In this document: in pieces, positions 8,485 through 18,115 of the stretch
How positions within the stretch are numbered: position 1 is the stretch's first letter
How the letters are laid out: each line of letters begins with the position of its first letter
From: a virus
Lineage: Duplodnaviria > Caudoviricetes
Strand: one strand, 5' to 3'
Length of the DNA stretch: 62,335 bases
Virus record (IMG/VR): IMGVR_UViG_3300033521_000005
Location: 1 to 62,335 of that record
The notes under the pieces: generated by a model
What the model saw: only the letters and a program-made list of their open reading frames with translations
What the model was told of the DNA's origin: nothing
Database searches by the model: none
Position numbers and translations under genes: made by a program

Positions 8485-11400
8485 ATGGGCACCCAGTTAT
8501 TCAAGAACAACGCGAGCACAACTCTCAGCGGCTCGCTCAGCAATGTCCAGACCGCGATCATTGTTGCCAGCGGTAGTAGCTTCCCCGCAATCACGGGCAG
8601 CGACTACTTCTACGCGACCATGTTTGAGGTGTCTGGCACCACGGAAATCAACATTGAGATCGTCAAGGTCACGGCTGTTGTTGGAAATAACTGGACTGTT
8701 GTGCGCGGGCAAGATGGCACTTCCGCGCGAATCCGCGACGGCGTCACGCCCTGCTACATTGAGCTCCGGCTGACGGCTGCTGGCGCGGGCCTGATGCTCC
8801 AGAAGGACAACAATCTGTCCGACCTGACAAGCGCAGCGACAGCCCGCACAAACCTTGGCCTTGGCTCTCTGGCAACGCAGGCCGCCAACAGCGTAACCAT
8901 CACTGGCGGCACCATTGCTGGCGTCTCCATTACGTCCATTGATTCGACAACCACCATTCAGGACAACCTTGACGCGACCAAGCAGGTGCAGTTTGAGGTC
9001 TCCGGCATTACGACCGGAACTGTCCGCACACTGACCATCCCCAACGCCAGCGGCACTCTCGCCCTGACGTCTGATCTGTCGGCGGGCTACCAGCCTCTGG
9101 ACTCCGATTTGACGGCTGTTGCGGGTCTGGCCGCTACTGGCATCATCGCTCGCACTGGCACCGGGGCAATGGCTGTTCGCAGCATTGCCCAGCCAGTATC
9201 TGGCATCACCATTACCAACGGCGACGGCGTGGCCGGGAACCCCACGCTTGCTCTTGCAAACGACTTGGGCGCGGTAGAGGGCCTGACTGGCACCGGCTTT
9301 GTCCGGCGTACCGCTGCCGATACTTGGTCTGCGTCGTCTCTGGTGGATGCCGACATCCCCGGCGCATTGACTGGCAAGAGCTACAACGGCCTGACGCCAT
9401 CCGCATTGGCAACCGGGTTCTCTCTGGCTGGCGGGACAACCAGCAAGACCCTGACGGTCTCCAACACCATCACTCTGGCGGGAACAGACGGAACCACCAT
9501 CACGTTGCCCAACGTGACCGGAACCGTGGCCCTGAACAACCAGACGATGTATATCGGCACGACGGCGCTGACGATCAACCGCGCCAGCGCCTCGATTGCG
9601 CTGACTGGAATTGCCAGCATTGACGGCTCTGCCGCCAGCGCAACCACCGCAACCACCGCGACCAAGGCCACAAACTTTGTCGGCGGCAATGCAACGACCC
9701 TGCTGGGCGCACTGCCATACCAGTCCAACACAGACACCACCAGTCTGTTGTCACCCAACATTTCTGCGTCCAAGCAGTTCCTTGCCATGACCGGCACCGG
9801 AACCAACGGCGCGGCTCCAGTCTGGAGCTCTGTCGCCAAGGCGGACGTCGGTCTGGGCAGCGTGGAAAACACAGCCCTGTCCACTTGGGCTGGCTCGGCC
9901 AATATCACGACTGTTGGAACTGTTGGAACCGGCACTTGGCAGGCGTCCGCAGTTGGCATTGGCTATGGCGGAACTGGCGCGACCACCAAGGCCGCAGCAT
10001 TCAACGCCCTGACGCCCATGACGACTCTGGGTGACCTCGAGTACCACGACGGCACAAACGCTGTCCGTCTGGCTGGCAACACGACCACCACCAAGAAGCT
10101 CCTGCGCTCGACCGGCAACGGCACGACCTCTGCCGCCCCGGCTTGGGACACGCTGGTGGACAGCGACCTTCCTTCCGCACTGACCGGGAAGACTTACAAC
10201 GGCCTGAGTCTGACGGCAGCAGCGACCGGATTCACGATTGCTGGCGGAACAACCTCGAAGACCCTCACGGTCAACAACACGCTGACCCTGTCTGGAACAG
10301 ACGCCTCCACGCTGAACATTGGCGGCGGCGGAACCTTGGGCACTGCGGCCTTTACCGCCTCCACTGCCTATGCCCCGGCAGGCGGATCGACCAGCATTGC
10401 CACGGTTGGCACCATCACGGCTGGCACTTGGACTGGCAGCGCGGTAGGCGTCAGCTACGGCGGGACTGGCGCGGCCACCAAGGCGGCGGGCTTCAACGCA
10501 TTGTCGCCAATGACCACGCTTGGCGATCTGGAGTACCACGATGGCACCAACGGCGTCCGTCTGGCCGGACATACGGCGGCTGCCAAGCGGTTCCTGACCC
10601 AAACTGGAACAGGAACTGTCTCGGCTGCTCCGGGGTGGAACACCATTGTCGATGGGGACATCCCGAACCTGACAGGAAAGACCTACAACGGGCTGACGCT
10701 CACGGCCAACGCAACAGGTTTTTCTGTTGCAGGCGGCACAACAGCCAAGACCCTTACCGTCAGCAACAACATCACTATCTCCGGCACCGACGGCTCAACA
10801 CTGGCTATTGGGGGCGGCGGGACGCTGGGCACTGGCGCTTACGCGACTATTGCCAACTACGCACCGCTGGCGAACCCGACCTTTACTGGCACCCCGGCGG
10901 CGCCTACGGCTGCGGCTGATACAAACACCACGCAGCTTGCCACCACTGCTTATGTCATTGGGCAGGGCTACCTCAAGGCCACAACCGCCGGTACGACCTA
11001 CCAGACTCAAGCTGGCATGTCGTCGTATCAGACAACGGCTGGCATGTCGTCGTATCAGACAACGGCTGGCATGTCGTCTTACCAGACTGTTGCTGGCATG
11101 TCGTCGTACCAGACGACCGCCGGAATGTCGGCGTATGCGCCTCTGTCTGCCCCTTCGTTCACCACGTCACTGACCTCTGGCGGCCCAGCCACCATCGGCA
11201 GCACACTGGCGAACTACTGGACAATTTCTGGCATTGCAGCCGCAGGCACCCCAACCATTCAGGTGGCCGGTTCTGACGTCAACATCCACGCGCGGATTGC
11301 TGGCAAGGGCACTGGCAACGTCATCCTGCGAGCAAATGGCGTCGATGTCATTTCCGCATGGAACCCTGCCACTGCCGTCAACAACCTGCTCATCAGCGGC

Positions 11401-12156
11401 AACAGCACTGGGTTTGGCCCGACCATTGCCGCAACTGGAACAGACACCAATGTCACCCTGAATCTGGCCGGTAAGGGCACGGGCGGCGTGACCGTCTCCG
11501 GCACCATGACCGCCACGACATTCAGCGGCGCTGGCACAAATCTGACCGGCACGGCAGCCAGCCTGACTGCTGGCGCGGTGACAAACGGCGTGGTGACCAC
11601 TGGCAGCTACTCCGACCCAGCGTGGATTACCAGCCTCGCCTATACCAAGCTGTCAGGCACTGTTCCAACTTGGAACCAGAGCACCACCGGCAGCGCGGCC
11701 AGCGCCACAAGCGCGACCAACGCGGCCAATGTTGCCATTGCGGCAGACACGGCAACGAACGCGACCCACTACGTCCCCTATGCCTCGGCCACAACCGGCA
11801 ACGTGGCGCTCAAGGGAACCCGCCTCACGGTCAACCCAAGCACTGGCGACTTCACTGCCGCCGGTAACGTCACCGCCTACTCTGACGAGCGCGTCAAGGC
11901 TGACTGGACAGACCTAGCCAGCGACTATGTCAATCAACTGGCCCGCGTCAAGAGCGGCACCTATACCCGCTTGGACACCGGAGCTCGACAGATCGGCGTC
12001 TCCGCTCAAAGTCTGTTGGGTGTTGCGCCAGAGGGCGTACTTGGCGAGGACAGGCTATCTGTTGCCTACGGCAACGTGGCGCTGGCGTCGGCTGTTGCAT
12101 TGGCCCGCCGGGTCGTGGAGCTTGAAGCTCGCCTTGCCGCACTGGAGGCTCGCTGA
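8485..12156 (+). CDS. Long tail fibre with C-terminal intramolecular chaperone (peptidase S74-like) (1223 aa)
   Basis: NNLSDL..ARTNLG, GGTGATT and P.FTG.P.APT fibre motifs; C-terminal YSDERVK..GVSAQ..V.YGN plus coiled coil. Confidence 0.85.
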   Translation: MGTQLFKNNASTTLSGSLSNVQTAIIVASGSSFPAITGSDYFYATMFEVSGTTEINIEIVKVTAVVGNNWTVVRGQDGTSARIRDGVTPCYIELRLTAAGAGLMLQKDNNLSDLTSAATARTNLGLGSLATQAANSVTITGGTIAGVSITSIDSTTTIQDNLDATKQVQFEVSGITTGTVRTLTIPNASGTLALTSDLSAGYQPLDSDLTAVAGLAATGIIARTGTGAMAVRSIAQPVSGITITNGDGVAGNPTLALANDLGAVEGLTGTGFVRRTAADTWSASSLVDADIPGALTGKSYNGLTPSALATGFSLAGGTTSKTLTVSNTITLAGTDGTTITLPNVTGTVALNNQTMYIGTTALTINRASASIALTGIASIDGSAASATTATTATKATNFVGGNATTLLGALPYQSNTDTTSLLSPNISASKQFLAMTGTGTNGAAPVWSSVAKADVGLGSVENTALSTWAGSANITTVGTVGTGTWQASAVGIGYGGTGATTKAAAFNALTPMTTLGDLEYHDGTNAVRLAGNTTTTKKLLRSTGNGTTSAAPAWDTLVDSDLPSALTGKTYNGLSLTAAATGFTIAGGTTSKTLTVNNTLTLSGTDASTLNIGGGGTLGTAAFTASTAYAPAGGSTSIATVGTITAGTWTGSAVGVSYGGTGAATKAAGFNALSPMTTLGDLEYHDGTNGVRLAGHTAAAKRFLTQTGTGTVSAAPGWNTIVDGDIPNLTGKTYNGLTLTANATGFSVAGGTTAKTLTVSNNITISGTDGSTLAIGGGGTLGTGAYATIANYAPLANPTFTGTPAAPTAAADTNTTQLATTAYVIGQGYLKATTAGTTYQTQAGMSSYQTTAGMSSYQTTAGMSSYQTVAGMSSYQTTAGMSAYAPLSAPSFTTSLTSGGPATIGSTLANYWTISGIAAAGTPTIQVAGSDVNIHARIAGKGTGNVILRANGVDVISAWNPATAVNNLLISGNSTGFGPTIAATGTDTNVTLNLAGKGTGGVTVSGTMTATTFSGAGTNLTGTAASLTAGAVTNGVVTTGSYSDPAWITSLAYTKLSGTVPTWNQSTTGSAASATSATNAANVAIAADTATNATHYVPYASATTGNVALKGTRLTVNPSTGDFTAAGNVTAYSDERVKADWTDLASDYVNQLARVKSGTYTRLDTGARQIGVSAQSLLGVAPEGVLGEDRLSVAYGNVALASAVALARRVVELEARLAALEAR
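10999..11133 (+). repeat. 27-bp tandem repeat x5 encoding YQTxAGMSS
   Basis: Near-identical nucleotide copies visible. Confidence 0.9.
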
Positions 12157-12803
12157 TGAATGAACTGACCACTCTCCAGCGCACGACCGACGCTCTGGCG
12201 GCGATTGAAAAGCGGTTCTTTGACATCCCGTTCGAGAACTCGCATTTTCAAAATGAGGCATTTGTTCTTGCGGCGCAGATCACCCCTGAGCGGGCCTACC
12301 GTGCCTTGGGCTTGAAGCTCCACTCCAAGCTCCGCGCATTGCAAGACAACTATTTCAACGAGCGCAAACAAGATATTCGGATTGGCGAATTGCAGGAGTT
12401 GATTGAGTCGCCGGATGTTTCAAAATGGGACAAGCTACGCCATCAGTTGGAAATTGAACAAATTTTGACCGGCAGGCCATACACCGAAAAGCTGAAGAAC
12501 GATGCCATGCAGGAAATTCAATTCCTGTATTCGCACCTTGAAAAATTTCCTGAGTACACCCGCCAGCAATTTGAAGATGGCGAGCTCCAGCATTTCCTTG
12601 AAACCTCGAAGCGCCAAGTGCAAGGAATTACTGGTGGTCAAGAGTCGCTGGTGAATATGACAACAGACATCCCGGCGCTTGCGCAATACAAAGAGGCTGT
12701 GCAACAGCTAACCGACAACACCCAGCTAGGGGCTCTGCGTCTCAACATGCAGAACCAGTTGGTCATTGCACAGGAGCAAGCAAATGCCTCTGCCATCCAG
12801 TAG
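12156..12803 (+). CDS. Hypothetical helical protein (215 aa)
   Basis: TGATG overlap with the fibre gene; coherent ORF. Confidence 0.7.
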   Translation: MNELTTLQRTTDALAAIEKRFFDIPFENSHFQNEAFVLAAQITPERAYRALGLKLHSKLRALQDNYFNERKQDIRIGELQELIESPDVSKWDKLRHQLEIEQILTGRPYTEKLKNDAMQEIQFLYSHLEKFPEYTRQQFEDGELQHFLETSKRQVQGITGGQESLVNMTTDIPALAQYKEAVQQLTDNTQLGALRLNMQNQLVIAQEQANASAIQ

Positions 12804-13857
12804 CACCATTTCACTTTCGCAGGTAAATGTTGAGCTCACATTTGCCTCCAATGCCAACATCAACATGAACAGCGCGGGTGTGCGCGGTCTGTTTGGCAAA
12901 GCGTCTGGCGCGATCTCCATGTCTGACGGCTGGGGGAAATCGTCTGGGCGAAAGGGGTATTGGGCTGGCGGAGAGCTAACATTCAATAACTACACGACAG
13001 CAACTAACGAGATTGATGGATGCACACTGACCGCCTCCATGACAATCGTCAACCCAACAGCAGCACTCAGCACTGCTTGTAGTTATGCTCTTGGCGCACT
13101 TTCTACAAGCAACGGTTATATTTTTGGAGGAAGCACATCAACCTCTGCGTTTCTTAAAACAGTCCAGAAACTTTCATTCTCCACCGAGACACTATCAACC
13201 CTTGCGGCAATTTGGGAACTTTACCCCGGTCTTTATGGCGGCATAGATTCTGCCGCAGTAAACGCCACAACAGCGGCATACACTGGTGCCGGGCTTGCTG
13301 AAAACGGGCGCGTGAACAGGGTCTATTCACTCACATTTTCCAGCGAAGCTGTGACGTTGCTTTCCGCAGTTCTTTCGTCTACCCGTCGCGGCTTGACTGG
13401 GTTGACCGCTCCAACCAAAGGCTACTTTGGCGGCGGCAACGGCGCTGCTATCAATAGCGAGCAGATAATTGATGCGCTCACCTATTCAACGCTAACGGTG
13501 GCGCTGCTTTCTGCTGTGATTCCAGACGGCAGCTTGAACTACAACAGCCGATGGATGGGCGGCGTATATTCCGGCACCGCTGGGTATTTCATGGGCGGGT
13601 ATAACTGGCAAACAGTTATTCGGAAGCTCGACTACTCCAACGAAACTTGCGTCAACATTTCGGCCACTATGGTCAATGGCAGGTCATACGCACCCGGCAT
13701 GAGTGGATCAAGTGTTGGCGCGATTGGTGGCGGCTATCAAGGGGCGCCACTCTATGCAGCATCAACTGTGATTGATGTTTTTACCTTTGCAACAGAAACA
13801 TGCAGCAACCCCGGCGTTGCGTTGACTGTTGCCCGATCCAACATGGCCGCAATTTAG
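12784..13857 (+). CDS. Distal fibre adhesin with kelch/propeller-like repeats
   Basis: N-terminal MPLPSS..ISLSQVNVEL..ISMSD adhesin anchor; repeated GYxxGG blades; start re-assigned to ATG 12784. Confidence 0.65.
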   Translation: MPLPSSSTISLSQVNVELTFASNANINMNSAGVRGLFGKASGAISMSDGWGKSSGRKGYWAGGELTFNNYTTATNEIDGCTLTASMTIVNPTAALSTACSYALGALSTSNGYIFGGSTSTSAFLKTVQKLSFSTETLSTLAAIWELYPGLYGGIDSAAVNATTAAYTGAGLAENGRVNRVYSLTFSSEAVTLLSAVLSSTRRGLTGLTAPTKGYFGGGNGAAINSEQIIDALTYSTLTVALLSAVIPDGSLNYNSRWMGGVYSGTAGYFMGGYNWQTVIRKLDYSNETCVNISATMVNGRSYAPGMSGSSVGAIGGGYQGAPLYAASTVIDVFTFATETCSNPGVALTVARSNMAAI

Positions 13858-13871
13858 TTTGAACGCTCGCT

Positions 13872-14072
13872 ATGAAAGCAGTAATAAAACGCCTCAAATC
13901 CAAGACCTACTGGGCCGCAATCATTGGTGCAGCCCTGACTGTTGTCGAGGCAAACAGTGGTCTGTTGAGTAAATTTGTTGACGAGGCTTACCGCGCTTAC
14001 GTTGTAATGATGTGGCCGGTTTTGATGATCGGCCTGCGAGAATTGACGACGGCGCCGCTGGCGGAAAAATGA
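13872..14072 (+). CDS. Small membrane protein, holin candidate (66 aa)
   Basis: Two hydrophobic segments, basic N-terminus, upstream of the endolysin. Confidence 0.55.
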   Translation: MKAVIKRLKSKTYWAAIIGAALTVVEANSGLLSKFVDEAYRAYVVMMWPVLMIGLRELTTAPLAEK

Positions 14073-14090
14073 TGCACGAAGGACGCAGCA

Positions 14091-14408
14091 ATGGACGAGG
14101 AACAGCGTGAGGTTGGGCTTAGTGACACCACAATGGGCGAGATCGGGGAAGTTGTCGCCTCGGCGGTCAAGCAGGCAATCACCGAATCAATGAACACGGA
14201 AAACGCCAAGGTGTTTTGGGTTGCTGGCATCGAGGTGTTGCAGCAGCAGGCCAGCGAACATGCTGGCAAGTTTGTGCTTGGCGGCCTGATGGGCTTGGTG
14301 CGGAAGACGCTGTTCTTTCTGATTGCTGGCGGAATGATTTATGCCCTTGGGGGCTGGAGCGCACTGGCGGCTTTCTTCAAGGCCATTTTTGGGTCTGGAT
14401 CGAATTGA
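14091..14408 (+). CDS. Membrane protein of lysis region (105 aa)
   Basis: C-terminal hydrophobic helix; position in the lysis region. Confidence 0.55.
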   Translation: MDEEQREVGLSDTTMGEIGEVVASAVKQAITESMNTENAKVFWVAGIEVLQQQASEHAGKFVLGGLMGLVRKTLFFLIAGGMIYALGGWSALAAFFKAIFGSGSN

Positions 14409-14426
14409 GCGAGCGACGTGAGTTTT

Positions 14427-14453
14427 ACCGCTGCGTGTGCGGCGGTTTTTTTT
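14427..14453 (+). terminator. Rho-independent terminator
   Basis: ACCGCTGC-GTGT-GCGGCGGT stem followed by a T run. Confidence 0.7.
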
Positions 14454-14465
14454 AAGGATTGAAAC

Positions 14466-14855
14466 ATGGCAACAAGTGACGTCAACAAGCTGATTGGTGT
14501 CCTATTCCTTAGCCGCAATCTGGCGCACCAAGCTCACTTGAAGGCCCGAGGGATTGGCAGCTACGCAGCGCACACGGCGCTTGGTGACTTCTATGAGGCA
14601 ATCGTCGAAAAGGCTGACGCATTTGCCGAGGCTTGGATGGGCTGCTACGACGCGCCGGTTGTGGCCGAGCTCGACAACGAGGCAATGGAAGTCACTGGCG
14701 ACGACATCGCCAAGACTTTGCGGGCCCATGTGGATTACGTCAAAGCCAACCGGGCCAAGGTCTGCGGCGCCAATGAGACTGCGCTGCTCAACATGATTGA
14801 CGACATTGTCGCCACCTACTACGCGGTGCTCTACAAGCTCAGCTTTTTGAAATAA
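14466..14855 (+). CDS. Ferritin/Dps-like four-helix protein (DUF5856-like)
   Basis: H..H....SYAAH.AL.DFY......D..AE and C-terminal L.N..D.I......LYKL pattern. Confidence 0.65.
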   Translation: MATSDVNKLIGVLFLSRNLAHQAHLKARGIGSYAAHTALGDFYEAIVEKADAFAEAWMGCYDAPVVAELDNEAMEVTGDDIAKTLRAHVDYVKANRAKVCGANETALLNMIDDIVATYYAVLYKLSFLK

Positions 14856-14865
14856 GGGGTCAGTC

Positions 14866-15360
14866 ATGCTCGAACTACTTGGCGGCGGCGTTCTCGGCTC
14901 TCTGTTGGGTGGTCTGTTCCGTCTGGCGCCAGAGGTTCTAAAGTGGCTCGACAAGAAGGACGAGCGCAAGCATGAGCTCCTGATGTTCGACCGCCAATGC
15001 ACTCTGGAGGCGGCCCGCGCAGAACAGAAGCTCAAGGAAATTGGGGCCCAACGTGAGTCGGCCATCGACTCCGGCGTAATCGCCGCCCTCAACGCGGCCA
15101 TTTCCCAGCAGGCCGAAATGACAAAGGCCGCCGGGGGCTGGGTCGCCAGTCTGTCGGCGTCTGTTCGCCCGCTTGTGACCTACTGGATTCTGGGAATCTG
15201 GTCTTTCGTCCACGTCTGGTACGCCTACAACGCTTGGGCCAGCGGCCTGCCCCCGGCAGAAGTCTTCAAGCTGATGATGAGCGCGGACTTTGCGGCTCTG
15301 GTCAGCGGCACCCTGAACTACTGGTTCCTTGACCGAACTTTGGCAAAGCGCGGCCTATGA
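14866..15360 (+). CDS. Holin-like membrane protein (164 aa)
   Basis: TM segments, SVRP..TY motif, YWF.DR..K tail; overlaps the endolysin. Confidence 0.6.
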   Translation: MLELLGGGVLGSLLGGLFRLAPEVLKWLDKKDERKHELLMFDRQCTLEAARAEQKLKEIGAQRESAIDSGVIAALNAAISQQAEMTKAAGGWVASLSASVRPLVTYWILGIWSFVHVWYAYNAWASGLPPAEVFKLMMSADFAALVSGTLNYWFLDRTLAKRGL

Positions 15361-15800
15361 GACTTGATCTGGCCGTCCTGCTGTGCAAGAGGTTTGAGGG
15401 CTTCTCCTCAAAGCCATACCTTTGCCCAGCCGACGTCCCGACGATTGGCTACGGCTCCACCTATTACGAGAGTGGGCGCCGGGTCACGCTGCAAGACCCG
15501 CCGATTACCAAGGATCAGGCCGAGGAACTGCTGCTGCATGAGATCGAGCACACCTACGCCCCCGGAGTCGCGCGTCTGTGCCCGACGCTCATCAACAACG
15601 AGACCCGCTTCAATGCCGTCGTGGACTTCGCCTACAACTTGGGCGTGGGGCGCCTGCAAACATCTACACTCAGGCGCAAGCTCAACGAACAGGATTGGGA
15701 AGGCGCTCAGCAACAGATCAAGCTCTGGGTGAGGGGCGGTGGCCGGGTTCTGCCCGGTCTTGTTTTACGCAGAAACGCCGAGGCGGCGTTACTGCAATAG
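15357..15800 (+). CDS. Endolysin, GH24 lysozyme
   Basis: FEG....YLCPA.VPTIGYG catalytic region; F.YN.G; GLV.RR.AE. Confidence 0.92.
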   Translation: MRLDLAVLLCKRFEGFSSKPYLCPADVPTIGYGSTYYESGRRVTLQDPPITKDQAEELLLHEIEHTYAPGVARLCPTLINNETRFNAVVDFAYNLGVGRLQTSTLRRKLNEQDWEGAQQQIKLWVRGGGRVLPGLVLRRNAEAALLQ

Positions 15801-15808
15801 GGGTACAC

Positions 15809-18115
15809 ATGCCAGCCATCGTCATCAAGGCATTCAACGGGATCAAACCCATCGTCAATCAGTTTCTGTTGCAACCGGGCGAGGCCATTGTTGCGGAGAA
15901 TGCGCGGCTCATCAGCGGCGCACTGGTTCCGTTGAAGCTCACCACAGTCCTTCAGGCCCTCCACGTCACCGACCCCCAGACCATCTACCGCTTTGGCAAG
16001 TCCAACTCGGAAAAGGAATTCTGGCTGGAGTTCGCCAACGCCACAGACGTCGTGAGCTCACCGATCCCCGACGACGCCTATGACCGCGTCTACTGGACAG
16101 ACGGCAGCACCCCTAAGTACGCGCCATCCAGCATGGCGATTGCTGGCTCTACGGGCTACCCGGCGGCATCCCTGACCCTCGGCGTCCCAGAGCCTGTTGG
16201 CTCCATGTCGGTCAGCCAAAGCGCCTATGCCAGCGCCAGCGCCACGATCACCGGAACCCAGATCACGACCCTGTTTGTTGGCGACATCCTGTCTGTTCTG
16301 GTGGATCAGAACACTGCTGCCACGGTCACGCTGACCGGCTCGGGCGGCAAAGTCACAGCCGCAACGCTTGCTCAAAATTTAAGCACAGTGGCTGGCTTGA
16401 CGGCTGTCGTATCGGGAACAGACGTCAAGGCTTCGACGTCCTCAACCACCGCCACGTCCGCACTGAAGATCAGCAAAAAGACCGGGGACACAAACGACTA
16501 CTCCTCGGACAAGGTGACCTACAGCCCCCTGATTGGGCCGATCACAGGGGCCACGGCCTCTGGCGTGGACAGCAAGGCCACCTATACCGCAGATGCCTCG
16601 CTGATTGCCTCCATTGCGCCAAACGCCAGACTGGCCGTGAAGGTCAACACGAACGCCGACGTTTTAGTCACGGTCTTGGCTGGAACCGGCACATTCCCGG
16701 CTGCCGTCACGGCAACCTCGCTGCGCTCCGCTCTAAGCGTCAATGGCCTCAATGTCTCCGTCAACGACACCACCAGCCAGTCCCTGACCATTGAGACCGC
16801 CTTGGCTGGCACCAGCGCCTCCTTCACGATCCGCAAGGTCAACCCGGCCATTGTCCCGGTCTACAGCGAGCTCGTCTCCGCGTCCAATACATCGACGGCT
16901 GCGGACAATGAAACGCGCTCCTACGTCTACACCTACGTCACCCAGTACGGCGAAGAAGGCCCGCCCTGCAAGCCATCCTCCTTGGTCACGGTTAATCCGA
17001 ATGCAGCCGTTTCCCTGTCCGGTATGTTGGCCGCGCCGACCGGGAACTACAACATCAAGACCAAGCGCATCTACCGCACCTCCGCAACTGGTACGGCTGC
17101 CGCATTCCAGTACGTTGATGAGATTCCGGTCGCAACGGCAACCTATTCCGACACCAAGAAACAGGCAGAGCTTGGTGAGGTTCTGTTGACCAGCACATGG
17201 ACTCCACCGCCCGTCGGCATGAAGGGCCTGAAGATGATGGCGAACGGCGTGGCCGTCGGCTTCAACGACAACACTTTGTACCTGTCCGAGCCAAACATGC
17301 CACACGCTTGGCCGCACAAGTACCCGGTGGACTACGAGATCATTGGCCTGTCGCCATTCCGACAGTCTGTCGCAATTCTTACAAGCGGCCACCCGTTCTT
17401 GGCCTCCGGCGCCGACCCGGCTGCAATGAGCCTCGAGCGGCTTGAGTTCCCCCATGCCTGTCTGTCCAAAAACTCCATCGTCGAGACTGGCGATGGCTGC
17501 CTGTACGCTGGCGCGGACGGCGTTGTGTCGATTGGTGCTGGCGGCATGAAGATTGTCAGCGACAGCCTATTTAGCCGCGAGCAGTGGCAGGCGCTGAACC
17601 CGGCCACCATGCGGGCCTTCTTCCATGACAGCCGCTACCACGTCATGTACGAAGACAAGAACAAGGTGCGCGGCACTTTGATCTTTGACTTCAGCGGGCA
17701 GGGTGCGATGCTCACAACCAGCACCACCAACACCGGCAACAAGGTCACCGCAGGCTACTCCGACCCGCGAACAGACACCCTGTATCTGTCGCAACTTGGC
17801 AGCATTGTTCGGTTCAATTCCGCAGACACGGCGGCTGTCGCGCGGTGGAAGTCCGGCGTCTACCGGACGGTGCATCCCGTGAGTTTCAGCTTCGGCATGG
17901 TTCGCGCGTCCAGCTACCCTGTTGGTACGCCCATCAAGCTGACCATCTACGCCGACGCCTATACGCCTTTCGTCAAGACGGTCACCGGGCCCGACGCCTT
18001 CCGCTTGCCAGCAGGATTCCGTGCGCAGCACTGGACTGTTGAGGTTGAGTCCGGCGTAGAGGTGACTATGATTGCGCTGGCAACATCGGCGCAAGAGCTC
18101 CAAGGCATCACATGA
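15809..18115 (+). CDS. Tail nozzle / tubular protein
   Basis: Start re-assigned to ATG 15809; R.YVYTYVT..GEEGPP and SEP..PHAWP motifs of podovirus tail stabilisation proteins. Confidence 0.7.
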   Translation: MPAIVIKAFNGIKPIVNQFLLQPGEAIVAENARLISGALVPLKLTTVLQALHVTDPQTIYRFGKSNSEKEFWLEFANATDVVSSPIPDDAYDRVYWTDGSTPKYAPSSMAIAGSTGYPAASLTLGVPEPVGSMSVSQSAYASASATITGTQITTLFVGDILSVLVDQNTAATVTLTGSGGKVTAATLAQNLSTVAGLTAVVSGTDVKASTSSTTATSALKISKKTGDTNDYSSDKVTYSPLIGPITGATASGVDSKATYTADASLIASIAPNARLAVKVNTNADVLVTVLAGTGTFPAAVTATSLRSALSVNGLNVSVNDTTSQSLTIETALAGTSASFTIRKVNPAIVPVYSELVSASNTSTAADNETRSYVYTYVTQYGEEGPPCKPSSLVTVNPNAAVSLSGMLAAPTGNYNIKTKRIYRTSATGTAAAFQYVDEIPVATATYSDTKKQAELGEVLLTSTWTPPPVGMKGLKMMANGVAVGFNDNTLYLSEPNMPHAWPHKYPVDYEIIGLSPFRQSVAILTSGHPFLASGADPAAMSLERLEFPHACLSKNSIVETGDGCLYAGADGVVSIGAGGMKIVSDSLFSREQWQALNPATMRAFFHDSRYHVMYEDKNKVRGTLIFDFSGQGAMLTTSTTNTGNKVTAGYSDPRTDTLYLSQLGSIVRFNSADTAAVARWKSGVYRTVHPVSFSFGMVRASSYPVGTPIKLTIYADAYTPFVKTVTGPDAFRLPAGFRAQHWTVEVESGVEVTMIALATSAQELQGIT

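Noticed and set aside
8485-13857. Diversity-generating retroelement targeting fibre genes
   Set aside because: No reverse transcriptase, and no template/variable repeat pair differing only at adenines was seen.
15578-15808. Upstream start of nozzle ORF (possible embedded spanin)
   Set aside because: Overlaps the endolysin with no TM segment or lipobox; ATG 15809 is more plausible.
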